Assembly: GCA_024275095.1 (NCBI GenBank)
Contig: JAJRZV010000033.1
Coordinates: forward strand, 1-32,440
Length of the DNA: 32,440 nt
Reading direction: 5' to 3'
Source: a bacterium
Lineage (GTDB): Bacteria > JAJRZV01
In this document: in pieces, positions 1 through 9,471 of the stretch
Layout: every line of letters starts with the position of its first letter
Position numbering within the stretch: the first letter of the stretch is position 1
Made by a program: the position numbers and the translations under genes
The notes under the pieces: generated by a model
Seen by the model: only the letters and a program-made list of their open reading frames with translations
The model's database searches: none
Told to the model about the DNA's origin: nothing

Positions 1-299
1 AGTGTGAAGTACGGAAGGAATCGAACGGCGTGAGCCGGTGGCGAGCGGAGCGAGCATATACGGAGCGCGTGTGGGAGGAGGAGATGAGGCAGGGGTGTTT
101 GATATGAGAGGAGCATGTTTTGTGTTTCTGTGGCCTGTGTGAGGCGCATTTAACTTCTTTTGTATTCTCCTTCTTTCCCATAAAATGTGAAACATAAGAG
201 TACCTTTCAAAAGCCTTAGTGTAACACAGTGGTTTGCCGAAATTTTGAGCGGGCAGAGCGTAAGGAGCTGGGCAGAATACAGGGTTTGGAGGCGAGGCG

Positions 300-980
300 A
301 TGAGGGTTCTTCTGGTGGAAGACGATCTGGAGACCGCCCGATTCATCGTAAAAGGGCTGAAGCAGGAAGGCTTTGCTGTAGACCATGCTGGTGACGGCGA
401 TGAGGGCCTTCATCTTGCCTTGACCGGTTCCTACGATGCCGCAGTGATCGACATCATGTTGCCCGGGCTCGACGGGCTTACGCTGATTGACAGACTCCGG
501 GCACACGGGGTGAGAACGCCCGTCATTATATTGAGTGCCAAAGGTTCCGTGGATGATCGCGTCAGGGGTTTACAGGCCGGAGGAGACGACTATCTGGTCA
601 AGCCGTTTGCTTTTTCCGAGCTGGTGGCACGTATTCACGCACTGATCAGGCGGTCCACCCAACAAGCATCGGAAACCACCACCCTTACGGTCGGTGATCT
701 CGAGATGGATCTCGTGAAGCGGAAGGTTTTCAGGAGCGGTAAAGAAATTCCCCTGCAGCCGAAAGAATTTGCTTTGCTGGAGTATCTGATGCGGAACGCC
801 GGGCGCGTGGTGTCCAAGACAATGATCATGGAACACGTGTGGGATTACAATTTCGATCCCCAGACGAACGTGGTTGAAGCTCGAATTTGCCGCCTGCGTG
901 ACAAGATAGATCGCCCGTTCAAACGCCAGCTCATCCATACAATCCGGGGCGTCGGCTATGTTCTTGAAGAACGTGACTGA
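300..980 (+). CDS. OmpR-family response regulator, CusR/CzcR/CopR-like
   Basis: Receiver domain (LLVEDD, phospho-Asp in IDIMLPG, KPF) plus winged-helix C-terminus (TNVVEARICRLRDKID...TIRGVGY); GAGG-type SD upstream. Confidence 0.95.
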   Translation: MRVLLVEDDLETARFIVKGLKQEGFAVDHAGDGDEGLHLALTGSYDAAVIDIMLPGLDGLTLIDRLRAHGVRTPVIILSAKGSVDDRVRGLQAGGDDYLVKPFAFSELVARIHALIRRSTQQASETTTLTVGDLEMDLVKRKVFRSGKEIPLQPKEFALLEYLMRNAGRVVSKTMIMEHVWDYNFDPQTNVVEARICRLRDKIDRPFKRQLIHTIRGVGYVLEERD

Positions 981-2367
981 TATTTTCAGGACCGTCACTT
1001 TTCGCCTGACCCTGTGGTACATGGTGTTGTTCGGTGCGCTGTCGATCGCGGTGTTTTTGCTTGTTTACGTGTCTCTTGCTTGGCACCTGAGCAAACAGGT
1101 GGACGAGGAACTACTGGCCACGGCAAAGGAGTTCAATGCGCTTTACAGCGAACACGGGGTCGAGGCGCTTCAGGCTGAGTTCCAGCGCGAAGCTGAATCA
1201 AGGGGGGTTCGGCGCGTGTTTTTCCTGTTGTTGTCGGGCAGTGGTGAGGTGCTCGCTTCGTCGGATACCAGGCACTGGAACGCGGGTGAACTACTGGAGT
1301 TCAGGGGTGTGGGTGCTTCGGCAGGGAAGCCGGTTTTTCGAACATTTCATCTGGCCGATGAGCGCGGGAAGGTGCGGGTTGTGCTTATGCCGACTGGTGA
1401 CGGCCGATTGCTCGAGCTGGGTTTTACGCTGCACGATAGTGAGCTTATGATGGAACGCTACCGCGAGACGTTCGGGACGGCTGTGGTCATCATGCTGGTA
1501 TGTGGAGGTTTGCTGGGATGGCTCCTGGCGCGTAAGGCCATGGCAGGGGTGCAGAGGGTGACATCCACAGCCGCCAAGATTAGAGAGGGAAGCCTTGCCA
1601 GCAGAGTGGCGCCTGGTGGAGAGGGTCTGGAGATTGATAACCTTGTCAGAACTTTCAACGATATGCTTGACCGGGTGGAAGCCCTGGTGAATGAGTTGAA
1701 GGAGGTTACCGATAATATCGCCCACGACCTGCGCAGTCCCATTACGCGGATTCGGGGTATTGCCGAGACCACCCTGATGGGAAGGGCGAGCATTGAGGAT
1801 TTTCAGGACATGGCGGCCGCCATTATTGAGGAAAGCGATCGCCTGATCGAAATGATCAATACGATGCTTGAAATAACAAAAACAGAGGCGGGTGTGGCTG
1901 AACTTGCAAGCGAGCGGGTTGATGTTCAGGAAATCGCGGCAGAGGCCGTGGACCTGTTTCGTCCGTTGGCCGAGGACAAACAGGTCGCCGTGAAATTGTC
2001 CGGCTCCCCGGATCCCGTGTTTGTCATGGGAGACAGGGCGAAACTCCAGCGTGCCGTGGCGAATCTGTTGGACAATGCGATTAATTATACGCCTTCGGGG
2101 GGACGGGTGACCGTTAGTGTTCACAGCACACCGGAATCGGTCAGATTGCAGATCGCTGATACGGGCTGCGGTATCAGCGAGGAGGAGTTGCCCCATATTT
2201 TTAAACGGTTTTATCGGGGCGACAGGAGCCGCTCCACCCCCGGCAGCGGCCTGGGACTGAGTCTCGCCCTGGCCATTATAAAAGCTCACCATGGCGAGAT
2301 TCGGGTTGAAAGTTCACCGGGCAAAGGTAGCAAGTTCACAATTATTATTCCTTCTGTGTACCTGTAA
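958..2367 (+). CDS. Membrane sensor histidine kinase (2 TM, HAMP, HisKA, HATPase)
   Basis: H-box NIAHDLRSP, N-box NLLDNAI, DTGCG, GSGLGL; overlaps the regulator 3' end. Confidence 0.95.
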   Translation: MFLKNVTDIFRTVTFRLTLWYMVLFGALSIAVFLLVYVSLAWHLSKQVDEELLATAKEFNALYSEHGVEALQAEFQREAESRGVRRVFFLLLSGSGEVLASSDTRHWNAGELLEFRGVGASAGKPVFRTFHLADERGKVRVVLMPTGDGRLLELGFTLHDSELMMERYRETFGTAVVIMLVCGGLLGWLLARKAMAGVQRVTSTAAKIREGSLASRVAPGGEGLEIDNLVRTFNDMLDRVEALVNELKEVTDNIAHDLRSPITRIRGIAETTLMGRASIEDFQDMAAAIIEESDRLIEMINTMLEITKTEAGVAELASERVDVQEIAAEAVDLFRPLAEDKQVAVKLSGSPDPVFVMGDRAKLQRAVANLLDNAINYTPSGGRVTVSVHSTPESVRLQIADTGCGISEEELPHIFKRFYRGDRSRSTPGSGLGLSLALAIIKAHHGEIRVESSPGKGSKFTIIIPSVYL

Positions 2368-2386
2368 ATACCGTCCCTTCTTTTTT

Positions 2387-2410
2387 CAAAATGACCAAAT
2401 GGTAATTTTG
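2387..2410. promoter_or_regulatory. CusR/CopR-box-like palindromic operator upstream of the efflux operon
   Basis: CAAAATGACCA-AA-TGGTAATTTTG, an inverted repeat with one mismatch that closely resembles the E. coli CusR box (AAAATGACAA..TTGTCATTTT); followed by an extended -10-like TGcTATCCT at 2436-2444 and AGGAGG at 2466-2471. Confidence 0.75.
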
Positions 2411-2477
2411 CGGTCATCCGCCGGCAAGCAAAGCCTGCTATCCTTGGGTTGAAGTTGTTTTCATCAGGAGGGTGCAG

Positions 2478-3044
2478 GTGAAGCACACCCTTTTCCGGAT
2501 TTACAAGCTTCGAGGCTTACTTATGGCTCCGCCGATACTGTTCGCCTTTTTCGTCAGGTGGCATGAGGTGGAGTGGGACTTGCTGATCTGGACGGTGGGG
2601 GGCAGTGCTTTTGTCGCCGGAATTTTGTTGAGGATATGGGCCCAGATGCATATCCATTACCGCCTGGGGGTTCCTAAGGCACTGACAACAACAGGACCTT
2701 ATGCCTTTACGAGAAATCCCATATACACGGCAAACACTCTCATAATCTGCAGCCTTGTTATGCTTCTGGAACTGGTGTGGTTTGTACCTGTTGCTCTTGC
2801 GTGGTGCATTTTCGTCTACAGCCTTGTCATCCGGTATGAGGAGTCGGATTTGCTCCGCAGGTACGGCAGTGCTTACAGGAATTACATGAGGGCGGTGCCG
2901 CGATGGATTCCCAGGTTTATCAGGCACGGGGATATGCCTGCTTCCGGCAGCTCATACCGGACGTGGCTGTGGCCGAGCATCAGGGCCGAGATGCACTGCG
3001 TTTTGTGGGTGGTAATACCCCTGCTCAAAGAATTTCTTTTATGA
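2478..3044 (+). CDS. ICMT/PEMT-family integral membrane methyltransferase
   Basis: LTTTGPYAFTRNPIY and EESDLLRRYGSAYRNYMRAVPRWIP motifs; GTG at 2478 is 6 nt after AGGAGG (the ORF-track GTG at 2472 abuts the SD). Confidence 0.85.
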   Translation: MKHTLFRIYKLRGLLMAPPILFAFFVRWHEVEWDLLIWTVGGSAFVAGILLRIWAQMHIHYRLGVPKALTTTGPYAFTRNPIYTANTLIICSLVMLLELVWFVPVALAWCIFVYSLVIRYEESDLLRRYGSAYRNYMRAVPRWIPRFIRHGDMPASGSSYRTWLWPSIRAEMHCVLWVVIPLLKEFLL

Positions 3045-4480
3045 GGTGTATGCCCGGTAAAGCTCGTAAGTTCGCCTATGAACTCGTGGCGGCGTCTTTT
3101 GTTGTTTTCATGGCCGGTGGCTGCTTTTACCGGGCCGTGCCTCTTGTCCCTGCCGCGGTGAACCAGGCGGTTACCGGTGAAGCGGACGAGTCCATCCGGG
3201 TGCAGGTATTCCGGATTGAACATCCTGTTTTGAAACCGGTTGTTTTCGACGAACGCAACGGCCTCTCGCCCGACGAAGCGGCTATCCTTGCGGTTGCAGC
3301 CAATCCTTTGCTCAAAGCGGCCAGGGACGCCAAGGGACTGGCCCATGCTCAGGTAATCCAGGCCGGTATTCTTCCCAACCCCCGGATGTCTTACTCTATG
3401 GAAATTCCCGCAGGCAGGGATGCCTCCGGCAAGGTCAACGCCTTTGCTCTCAGCGCTGATTGGGACGTCAATTCACTCATGGTACGGGATGTCCGGGTTG
3501 CCGCAGCGCAGGCTCACAGAAAGTCAATAGACCTGGAAGTCGCGTGGCAGGAATGGCAGGTGGGCGAGGCGGCGAAATTGCACGTTTACCGCCTGCTCAT
3601 TGCAAAAAAGTGCCTTGATGTGACCGAGGCGGCGGAGCGCGTTGCGAAGCATCTTTACGCAGGGGTGAAAAAGGGCCTCAGCCTGGGATTGCTGGCTTCC
3701 GGGCAGTTGCTCCAGGCCCGGGTTGTCTTGCACGAGGCACGGATGAGACTGTTGCAGGCCCGAGCAGAGGTGAAAGCAGAGCAGGTTGAACTCAATAGAG
3801 TGCTTGGGTTGCCCGCTGACAGAGTGGTCAGGCTTGAGAAGGACGCTCACCTCCCGGTGATGGAGGAGATCCCGCCGGTGCAGGAACTCGTCGGTAACAT
3901 TGAAAAAGTGCGGCTTGACCTGCTGGCGCTGCGCTATGGATATGAATGCCGGGAGGAGCGTCTCAGGGCAGCGATACAGTCCGGGTTCCCGCGAATTAAT
4001 ATCGGGTTCAGCGGGGCCAGGGATACTGACGGGCTCACCACGGTCGGCTTTGACATCAGCATTTCCCTTCCGATTTTCGACAGGGGGCAGGGCCGGATCG
4101 CCGGTGAGCGCGCAAGCAGGCAACAGCTTTTTGACGAGTATGCCGCGCGCTTGTTCGAAGCACGAACTGGTATCATCAAGATTTACAAAGGCCTCGGTTC
4201 AACCCGTGAGCAATTGCAGAATATCAAGAGTGTCGTTTGGCATCTGCAACGGCTGGCGGAACGTTATCGCAAGGCTGCCGGTCGGGGAGACCTTAGTGTC
4301 ATTGATTATTATCGCGTTTTGCTCCGGTTGTATCAGGTGAACCTTGAGGAACTGGCCCTGGAGCGAAGGCTGGTGGACCTCGCCGTGGGCCTCGAGATCG
4401 CCTCGGGACGCTACTTGTTTACCGGATCAGAGACTGAACAGCGCGCATTCAAGTCGGATCACCATCCGGAGACAAAATGA
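3041..4480 (+). CDS. TolC-family outer membrane efflux protein (probable lipoprotein)
   Basis: ATGA overlap with the upstream stop; hydrophobic signal ending MAGGC; AGILPNP and ISLPIFDRGQG motifs; helical repeats. Confidence 0.9.
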   Translation: MRCMPGKARKFAYELVAASFVVFMAGGCFYRAVPLVPAAVNQAVTGEADESIRVQVFRIEHPVLKPVVFDERNGLSPDEAAILAVAANPLLKAARDAKGLAHAQVIQAGILPNPRMSYSMEIPAGRDASGKVNAFALSADWDVNSLMVRDVRVAAAQAHRKSIDLEVAWQEWQVGEAAKLHVYRLLIAKKCLDVTEAAERVAKHLYAGVKKGLSLGLLASGQLLQARVVLHEARMRLLQARAEVKAEQVELNRVLGLPADRVVRLEKDAHLPVMEEIPPVQELVGNIEKVRLDLLALRYGYECREERLRAAIQSGFPRINIGFSGARDTDGLTTVGFDISISLPIFDRGQGRIAGERASRQQLFDEYAARLFEARTGIIKIYKGLGSTREQLQNIKSVVWHLQRLAERYRKAAGRGDLSVIDYYRVLLRLYQVNLEELALERRLVDLAVGLEIASGRYLFTGSETEQRAFKSDHHPETK

Positions 4481-5568
4481 GAGTATCCGGAAGGAAAGGC
4501 GCGTTAACGTTAGTCACTGTTGCGGTAGTTGCGATCATCGTGGTGTGGCTGGCGCGGCACCAGCGGAAAGAACCTGCGTCACAGGCAGTACCTTTCCCGA
4601 CAGCACCGCTCATCAAAACAGGTCGACCGATCAGGCGGGACTTTTTCTTGCGGCTTCCCTGGTTCGGCAAGGTGGTGAGCAGGGAAACCGTGAGAGTCGT
4701 TTCATTGGCGGCTGGCCGGATTGCTGCGGTTGAGGTGAAGGACGGGGACCATGTGCAAAAGGATGATGTGCTGTTTGTTCTCGGCGGTTCCCAGCTCATG
4801 CACACACTGTCGGCGCTCGAACAGCATGTATTAGCCTTGAAAAAGCAAGTGGCTCTGGCAAGGGAGGCGGTGAAGAGAAGAAGCAAAGCAGTGGCTGAGG
4901 GCCTTGTCAAGAAGGAGGCACTTTTATCCGCCATGGGGGAGCTCGCCCGGTTGAAGGAAGAGTTTTTCACGGCGGAAAGTGAACTGGCCGCTTTTAAAGA
5001 CGCCATGGTTGTTCGTTCCCCCATGGAAGGGTTGTTTGTGAATCGGCAGGTGAGCCCGGGACAGTACGTGAAAAAAGGCGCGCATCTTGCCGATATCATG
5101 TCGGCGGACCTCCGCATCATCGCCCGGCTTTTTCCTCCGGGCGGTGGCTTACCCGAAGGTGCCACCACCGTTGTCCGGACGGCAGGGGGTGCGGAAATAC
5201 ACGGGATGGTTGTACGCGTGTTGCCCAAGCGAACCGCTGAGGGTGCGGCTGTCATATGGATTGAAGGTGCGCAGATAAGCAACCTGATGAGAGCCGGTGA
5301 AAAGGTGGCCGGTCGGGTTGTGCTTGGTGTCCGCGAGAATCGCCTTGCGCTCCCCCGGGATGCCGTCGTCCAGGATGGACAGGGGCATACATTTGTTTTT
5401 GTCAAGGGAACTCAGGGTTATCTGAAGAAGGCTGTAAAAATCGGATTGATCAATGATGGGTGGTGTGAAGTCATCTCAGGGATTACCGATAACGACGAAG
5501 TGGTTGTCCGCTGTGCCTACGAACTCTTTTACAGGAATTTCATGAAAACCTACAAAGAGGCGGAATAG
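4477..5568 (+). CDS. RND efflux periplasmic adaptor (membrane fusion protein)
   Basis: N-terminal TM, lipoyl-like halves (GRIAAVEVKDGDHVQKDDVLF; VRSPMEG) flanking a coiled coil, LALPRDAV; ATGA overlap. Confidence 0.9.
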   Translation: MRVSGRKGALTLVTVAVVAIIVVWLARHQRKEPASQAVPFPTAPLIKTGRPIRRDFFLRLPWFGKVVSRETVRVVSLAAGRIAAVEVKDGDHVQKDDVLFVLGGSQLMHTLSALEQHVLALKKQVALAREAVKRRSKAVAEGLVKKEALLSAMGELARLKEEFFTAESELAAFKDAMVVRSPMEGLFVNRQVSPGQYVKKGAHLADIMSADLRIIARLFPPGGGLPEGATTVVRTAGGAEIHGMVVRVLPKRTAEGAAVIWIEGAQISNLMRAGEKVAGRVVLGVRENRLALPRDAVVQDGQGHTFVFVKGTQGYLKKAVKIGLINDGWCEVISGITDNDEVVVRCAYELFYRNFMKTYKEAE

Positions 5569-8500
5569 TGCACGCCTTTCTTCGTTTCGTTACGAGATAT
5601 CCCATGGTCACGGGCCTTGTGGTGGGGGTTCTGGTGTTCATGGGGGTGTATTCTTCCTGGTACATGCCCGTGGACCTGTTCCCGAACCTTGAAGTGCCGC
5701 TGGTGAACATCATCAGCCACTACCCGGGAGCCGCTCCCGAGGATATGGAAATGCTTGTATCACGACCCATAGAGGATGAAATGCGCGTGATTCCAGGTGT
5801 AAAACGCGTGGCCTCAATTTCCGTGCAGGGACTTTCACGCGTGACCGTGGAATTCACCTGGGGTACGACTGTAGAGTACGCGAGGCAGCTGGTCCAGGCG
5901 CGATTGGCCAGGCTCAGGAGTTTGCTCCCGGCTGGTGTGACACCGAGGCTTGAAAACATCGGCACCACCCTTCAGGAAGTTTGTGGATACGTGTTTTACG
6001 GCGGAGGAAACCCCGTAGCCTTGCGCAGAACGGTCCGCCACGATATCGCCGGAAGGTTGATGGGTGTACCGGGCGTCTCTTCAATTAAGGTTCTTGGGGG
6101 TGACAGGCGTGCGTTCGTGGTCACACTCAGGCCGGAAGAGCTTGTGAGGTTCCGCATTTCCGTTGCCGATATTGTCGCAGCCCTGAAGAGACACAACGTG
6201 AACGTTGTCGCCGGCTTTGTGGCTGTGTCCGGCCGGGAATATCTGGTCAGAGGCGACGCCCGGTTGAAAACGCTTGAGGATGTGCGTGCGGTTCCTGTGG
6301 GCAGAGACGCTGACGGCCGTCCCATTCTGCTCGGTATGATAGCGGATGTTCTGGAAGGGCGGGTGCCGAGACACTACGTTGTTCACGGTGACGGGGTTCC
6401 CGCCGTGGCACTTGTTGTCCGCAAACAGCCAGGAGCAAGCACCGTGAGTGTGGTCAAAAACGTGGACAGGGTTCTTCTGGAGCTGAGGCATCTTCTTCCT
6501 GCGGGGACCGTGGTCAAAAAATTTTATGACCAGTCGGAGATCATTCGGGAAGCTCGAGAACAAATATTCCAGGCTCTCATTATCGGTGCGTTCCTTGCGG
6601 TGTTCGTGCTCTGGTTTTTTCTCGGAGCTCTGCGGCCGACTCTTGTGGTCGCGGTTACCATCCCCCTCACGCTCATTGCCACGGTGGCACTCATGCGCCT
6701 GTTCGGGCTCGGCTTCAACATGATCACCATGACGGCGCTTGCTCTGGCCGTGGGCATGATTGTTGATGATGCCATTGTGGTTGCGGAAAACATTTTTCGT
6801 CACGGCAGGACCACTGCCGATCCTGTGGCTGCGAGCATCAGCGGGGCTGTTGAAATCGCCGGTCCGGATGCAACAGGTACGTTTACCACCATGGCGGCTT
6901 TCCTGCCGCTGGTTGTTACAAACGGCATGGCTTCTCTTTTTCTTCGGCCTTTCGGCCTTACGGTAAGCATTGCACTGTTCGTGTCGCTGGCGCTTTCTCT
7001 CACATTGATACCTCTTCTTTTCAGTCGGAGCAGAGCTCCCATGCTCTTGAAGGAAAGTTTCCCCGGGAGCCGGTTGCTCCGCAGGTTTGACGCCGCGTTA
7101 CAGAAGATGCTGGGCTTTTCTTTCAAGCACGCACGGGAGACCATTATCATTGCATTACTGGTGTCAGCGGCAGCGGGACTTGCAACGGTTTTCATGGAAA
7201 CATCGTTTTTGCCACCGATTGACGAAGGCGCGCTTCTTGTTGAATACGTCATGCCCCCGGGCACCTCGCTGGAAGAGAGCAATCGTGTCGGGGAGATGGT
7301 GGAACGTATCGCTCTTGCTGATCCCGATGTCTCCTGCGTTTACAGGCGCACGGGATCCCCGGGGAACAGTTACCAGGTGGAGGGTGTCAACAAGGGAGAG
7401 ATGCTTGTCAAGCTCAGGCCCGAGGCGGAGCGTTCCCGCAGCGCATGGGAAATCGCCGCCGCCCTTAAAGAAAAGTATTCGAAAATCCCGGGGTGCGTTT
7501 TTTCTTACCGCCAGCCCACGCAGGAAAAGATAGAAGAAAGCTTCTCAGGTCTTCCGGCGCTTTTCGGTGTTACCGTGTACGGTTCGGATATGGAAAAGCT
7601 CGTTTCACTTGCCGGCCGAATCACAAGCATCCTCTCCACCGATCCGGGCATATCCAGTGTGCTCAACACCACAAGGGCCGGTGTTACCGAAGTTGATGTC
7701 CGGCCGGATTATGCCCTTCTCGCCATGAACGGCGTAGCTCCCCATGATGTTCTCACCGAACTGCAAGCGGCGTACAAGGGCGTTGAGGCAACCCGGATCG
7801 TCCGCCAGAGGGAAGAGATCCCGGTTATTGTAAAGCTCGATACGGGAGAACATCCGGGAATTGAGACAATCCAGGAACTCCCGGTCACGGGTCGAGACGG
7901 GACAGCCGTACCTCTCAAAAATGTTACGAGCGTACGTATCCACCGCGTACCGGCGGTGATCACCCGCCTGAACGGACAACGTGAGATAACAATTGTCGCT
8001 GATGTGAAAGGCAGTTTCTCTGGGATTATCTCCAGGCTCAGAAAGAAGTTCAGCGCCCTCGCGCTGCCCCGTGGCTACAGTATAGAATTCGGCGGGCGGT
8101 ACCGTGTCATTTTCCAAACAGCAGTGGAGATGTTTTTCGTCATGATGTGCGCCGTAGGCCTTGTATATCTCATTATGGTGATGCAGTTCGGTTCGTGGCT
8201 CCAGCCACTGGCGATTCTTGTTACCATACCCCTGGCGATAGTAGGGGCTGTTATCGCCCTTTTCATAACCGGTCACGCCCTTGACGTGTCCGTCGGTATG
8301 GGTGTGATGACCCTGGCAGGTATTGCCGTGAACAATGCCATCCTTCTCCTCGATTATGCGAACAAAAGGAAGGCTTTCGGAATTTGCATGAAAGAGGCGT
8401 TGCTTTTCGCCGCTTCGGTACGGCTGCGGCCCATACTGCTTACCACGTTCACCACCATCGCTGCCCTTCTACCTGCGGCTGTGGGAACGGGTATGGGCTC

Positions 8501-8621
8501 GCGGATGTTTCAGTCTTTTGCGATTACAGTAATTGGAGGTCTTGTAACATCTCTTATCGCCACACTTCTGGTCGCCCCGACGCTGGCTGTCATGTTTCCG
8601 CAAGCGCGTCAGATCGATTAG
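5568..8621 (+). CDS. RND transporter permease subunit (AcrB/CusA/CzcA superfamily)
   Basis: 1017 aa; PVDLFPNL, AVGMIVDDAIVVAEN, FLPPIDEG, RLRPILLTT; GTG overlaps the upstream TAG. Confidence 0.95.
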   Translation: MHAFLRFVTRYPMVTGLVVGVLVFMGVYSSWYMPVDLFPNLEVPLVNIISHYPGAAPEDMEMLVSRPIEDEMRVIPGVKRVASISVQGLSRVTVEFTWGTTVEYARQLVQARLARLRSLLPAGVTPRLENIGTTLQEVCGYVFYGGGNPVALRRTVRHDIAGRLMGVPGVSSIKVLGGDRRAFVVTLRPEELVRFRISVADIVAALKRHNVNVVAGFVAVSGREYLVRGDARLKTLEDVRAVPVGRDADGRPILLGMIADVLEGRVPRHYVVHGDGVPAVALVVRKQPGASTVSVVKNVDRVLLELRHLLPAGTVVKKFYDQSEIIREAREQIFQALIIGAFLAVFVLWFFLGALRPTLVVAVTIPLTLIATVALMRLFGLGFNMITMTALALAVGMIVDDAIVVAENIFRHGRTTADPVAASISGAVEIAGPDATGTFTTMAAFLPLVVTNGMASLFLRPFGLTVSIALFVSLALSLTLIPLLFSRSRAPMLLKESFPGSRLLRRFDAALQKMLGFSFKHARETIIIALLVSAAAGLATVFMETSFLPPIDEGALLVEYVMPPGTSLEESNRVGEMVERIALADPDVSCVYRRTGSPGNSYQVEGVNKGEMLVKLRPEAERSRSAWEIAAALKEKYSKIPGCVFSYRQPTQEKIEESFSGLPALFGVTVYGSDMEKLVSLAGRITSILSTDPGISSVLNTTRAGVTEVDVRPDYALLAMNGVAPHDVLTELQAAYKGVEATRIVRQREEIPVIVKLDTGEHPGIETIQELPVTGRDGTAVPLKNVTSVRIHRVPAVITRLNGQREITIVADVKGSFSGIISRLRKKFSALALPRGYSIEFGGRYRVIFQTAVEMFFVMMCAVGLVYLIMVMQFGSWLQPLAILVTIPLAIVGAVIALFITGHALDVSVGMGVMTLAGIAVNNAILLLDYANKRKAFGICMKEALLFAASVRLRPILLTTFTTIAALLPAAVGTGMGSRMFQSFAITVIGGLVTSLIATLLVAPTLAVMFPQARQID

Positions 8622-8703
8622 TGCCGGCTGCCTTCGTTGCACTTGAAACCCTTCCGCACGGTGAGCAGGGGGACGCCACCCATATCCTGGAAACACGGAA
8701 CCT

Positions 8704-8919
8704 TTATCGTGTTACCAACCAGAGCCCTGTAAGGATCACCGCGCAGATCCCGAGCATCCATCCTATACTGTGTACAAAATATGGATAGATCATCAGTCCT
8801 AACCCGGCGACCAGTTGCAATGGGCGACCCTGCCGTTTCCCATAGAGGAAAAGAGCAAGGCCTATTGCGCTTACTACAATCGAAGCGAAAAGCACACCTG
8901 GTGAAGACAGGAAACTCAT
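8704..8919 (-). CDS. Small hypothetical membrane protein (about 3 TM)
   Basis: 71 aa hydrophobic ORF with G..LFLYGKRQ...GLGLMIYPYFV pattern resembling a widespread uncharacterised family. Confidence 0.7.
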   Translation of the reverse strand: MSFLSSPGVLFASIVVSAIGLALFLYGKRQGRPLQLVAGLGLMIYPYFVHSIGWMLGICAVILTGLWLVTR

Positions 8920-9471
8920 ACCTTTGTTTCCCGGTGGATTGGGTACGACTGCGAACCGGTTTGAAAGGAGAGACCGACAGCTTTCATGAGTTCTCGTAGC
9001 GGATTCATCACCCTACCCTGTCGAAAATCGATAGTTGAAATGATACACCTGCAAGGACGAGGATGGGAGACGTAAGCAACGAATTCGTCTGTCGTGATGC
9101 ACATCCGTCCGGACCAAAATGAAAAAACTTTCTCCCTGCTTTACGTCCAACTTGCCGATAGAGGCATCACTCGATGAAGAAATAATCAGTGACAGGTAAA
9201 ATTCAAGCCGGGGACTGTGTAAAAGGTGCGGATTGTCCCACGCTGCTTTTGTGTTTTCCGAAAGCCGCGGAAGTGCTCAAGCGATGGTGGCGGGTGGAAC
9301 TCCTCGCCTTGTGAGTGGACATGGATTTCAGGGTCCCGAACTACAGGTGTCGCCCTCACGGCTTTTGCGCCAGAGGAACTTGTTAAGTTAGTGCTAAAAT
9401 GCATTCAATGGTATAGTGAAAAATGGGTTGGATGACGTGATTGAAAAAAGAGATTCTACGTGGAGGTTTTC

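Noticed and set aside
2903-3040. Extended N-termini from the ORF track (TolC 2903; also SRPBCC 14456, rplM 19652, xerD 22087)
   Set aside because: Extensions overlap other genes or promoters; downstream starts fit SD, overlap or family length better
1291-7282. Long antisense ORFs (e.g. 1291-2292, 4449-5405, 6081-6803)
   Set aside because: Shadows of well-supported plus-strand genes with no recognisable motifs
9119-9391. Possible fourth TAA-interrupted ORF (MKKLSPCF...SDR*NSSRG...)
   Set aside because: No SD, no recognisable domain, not protein-like
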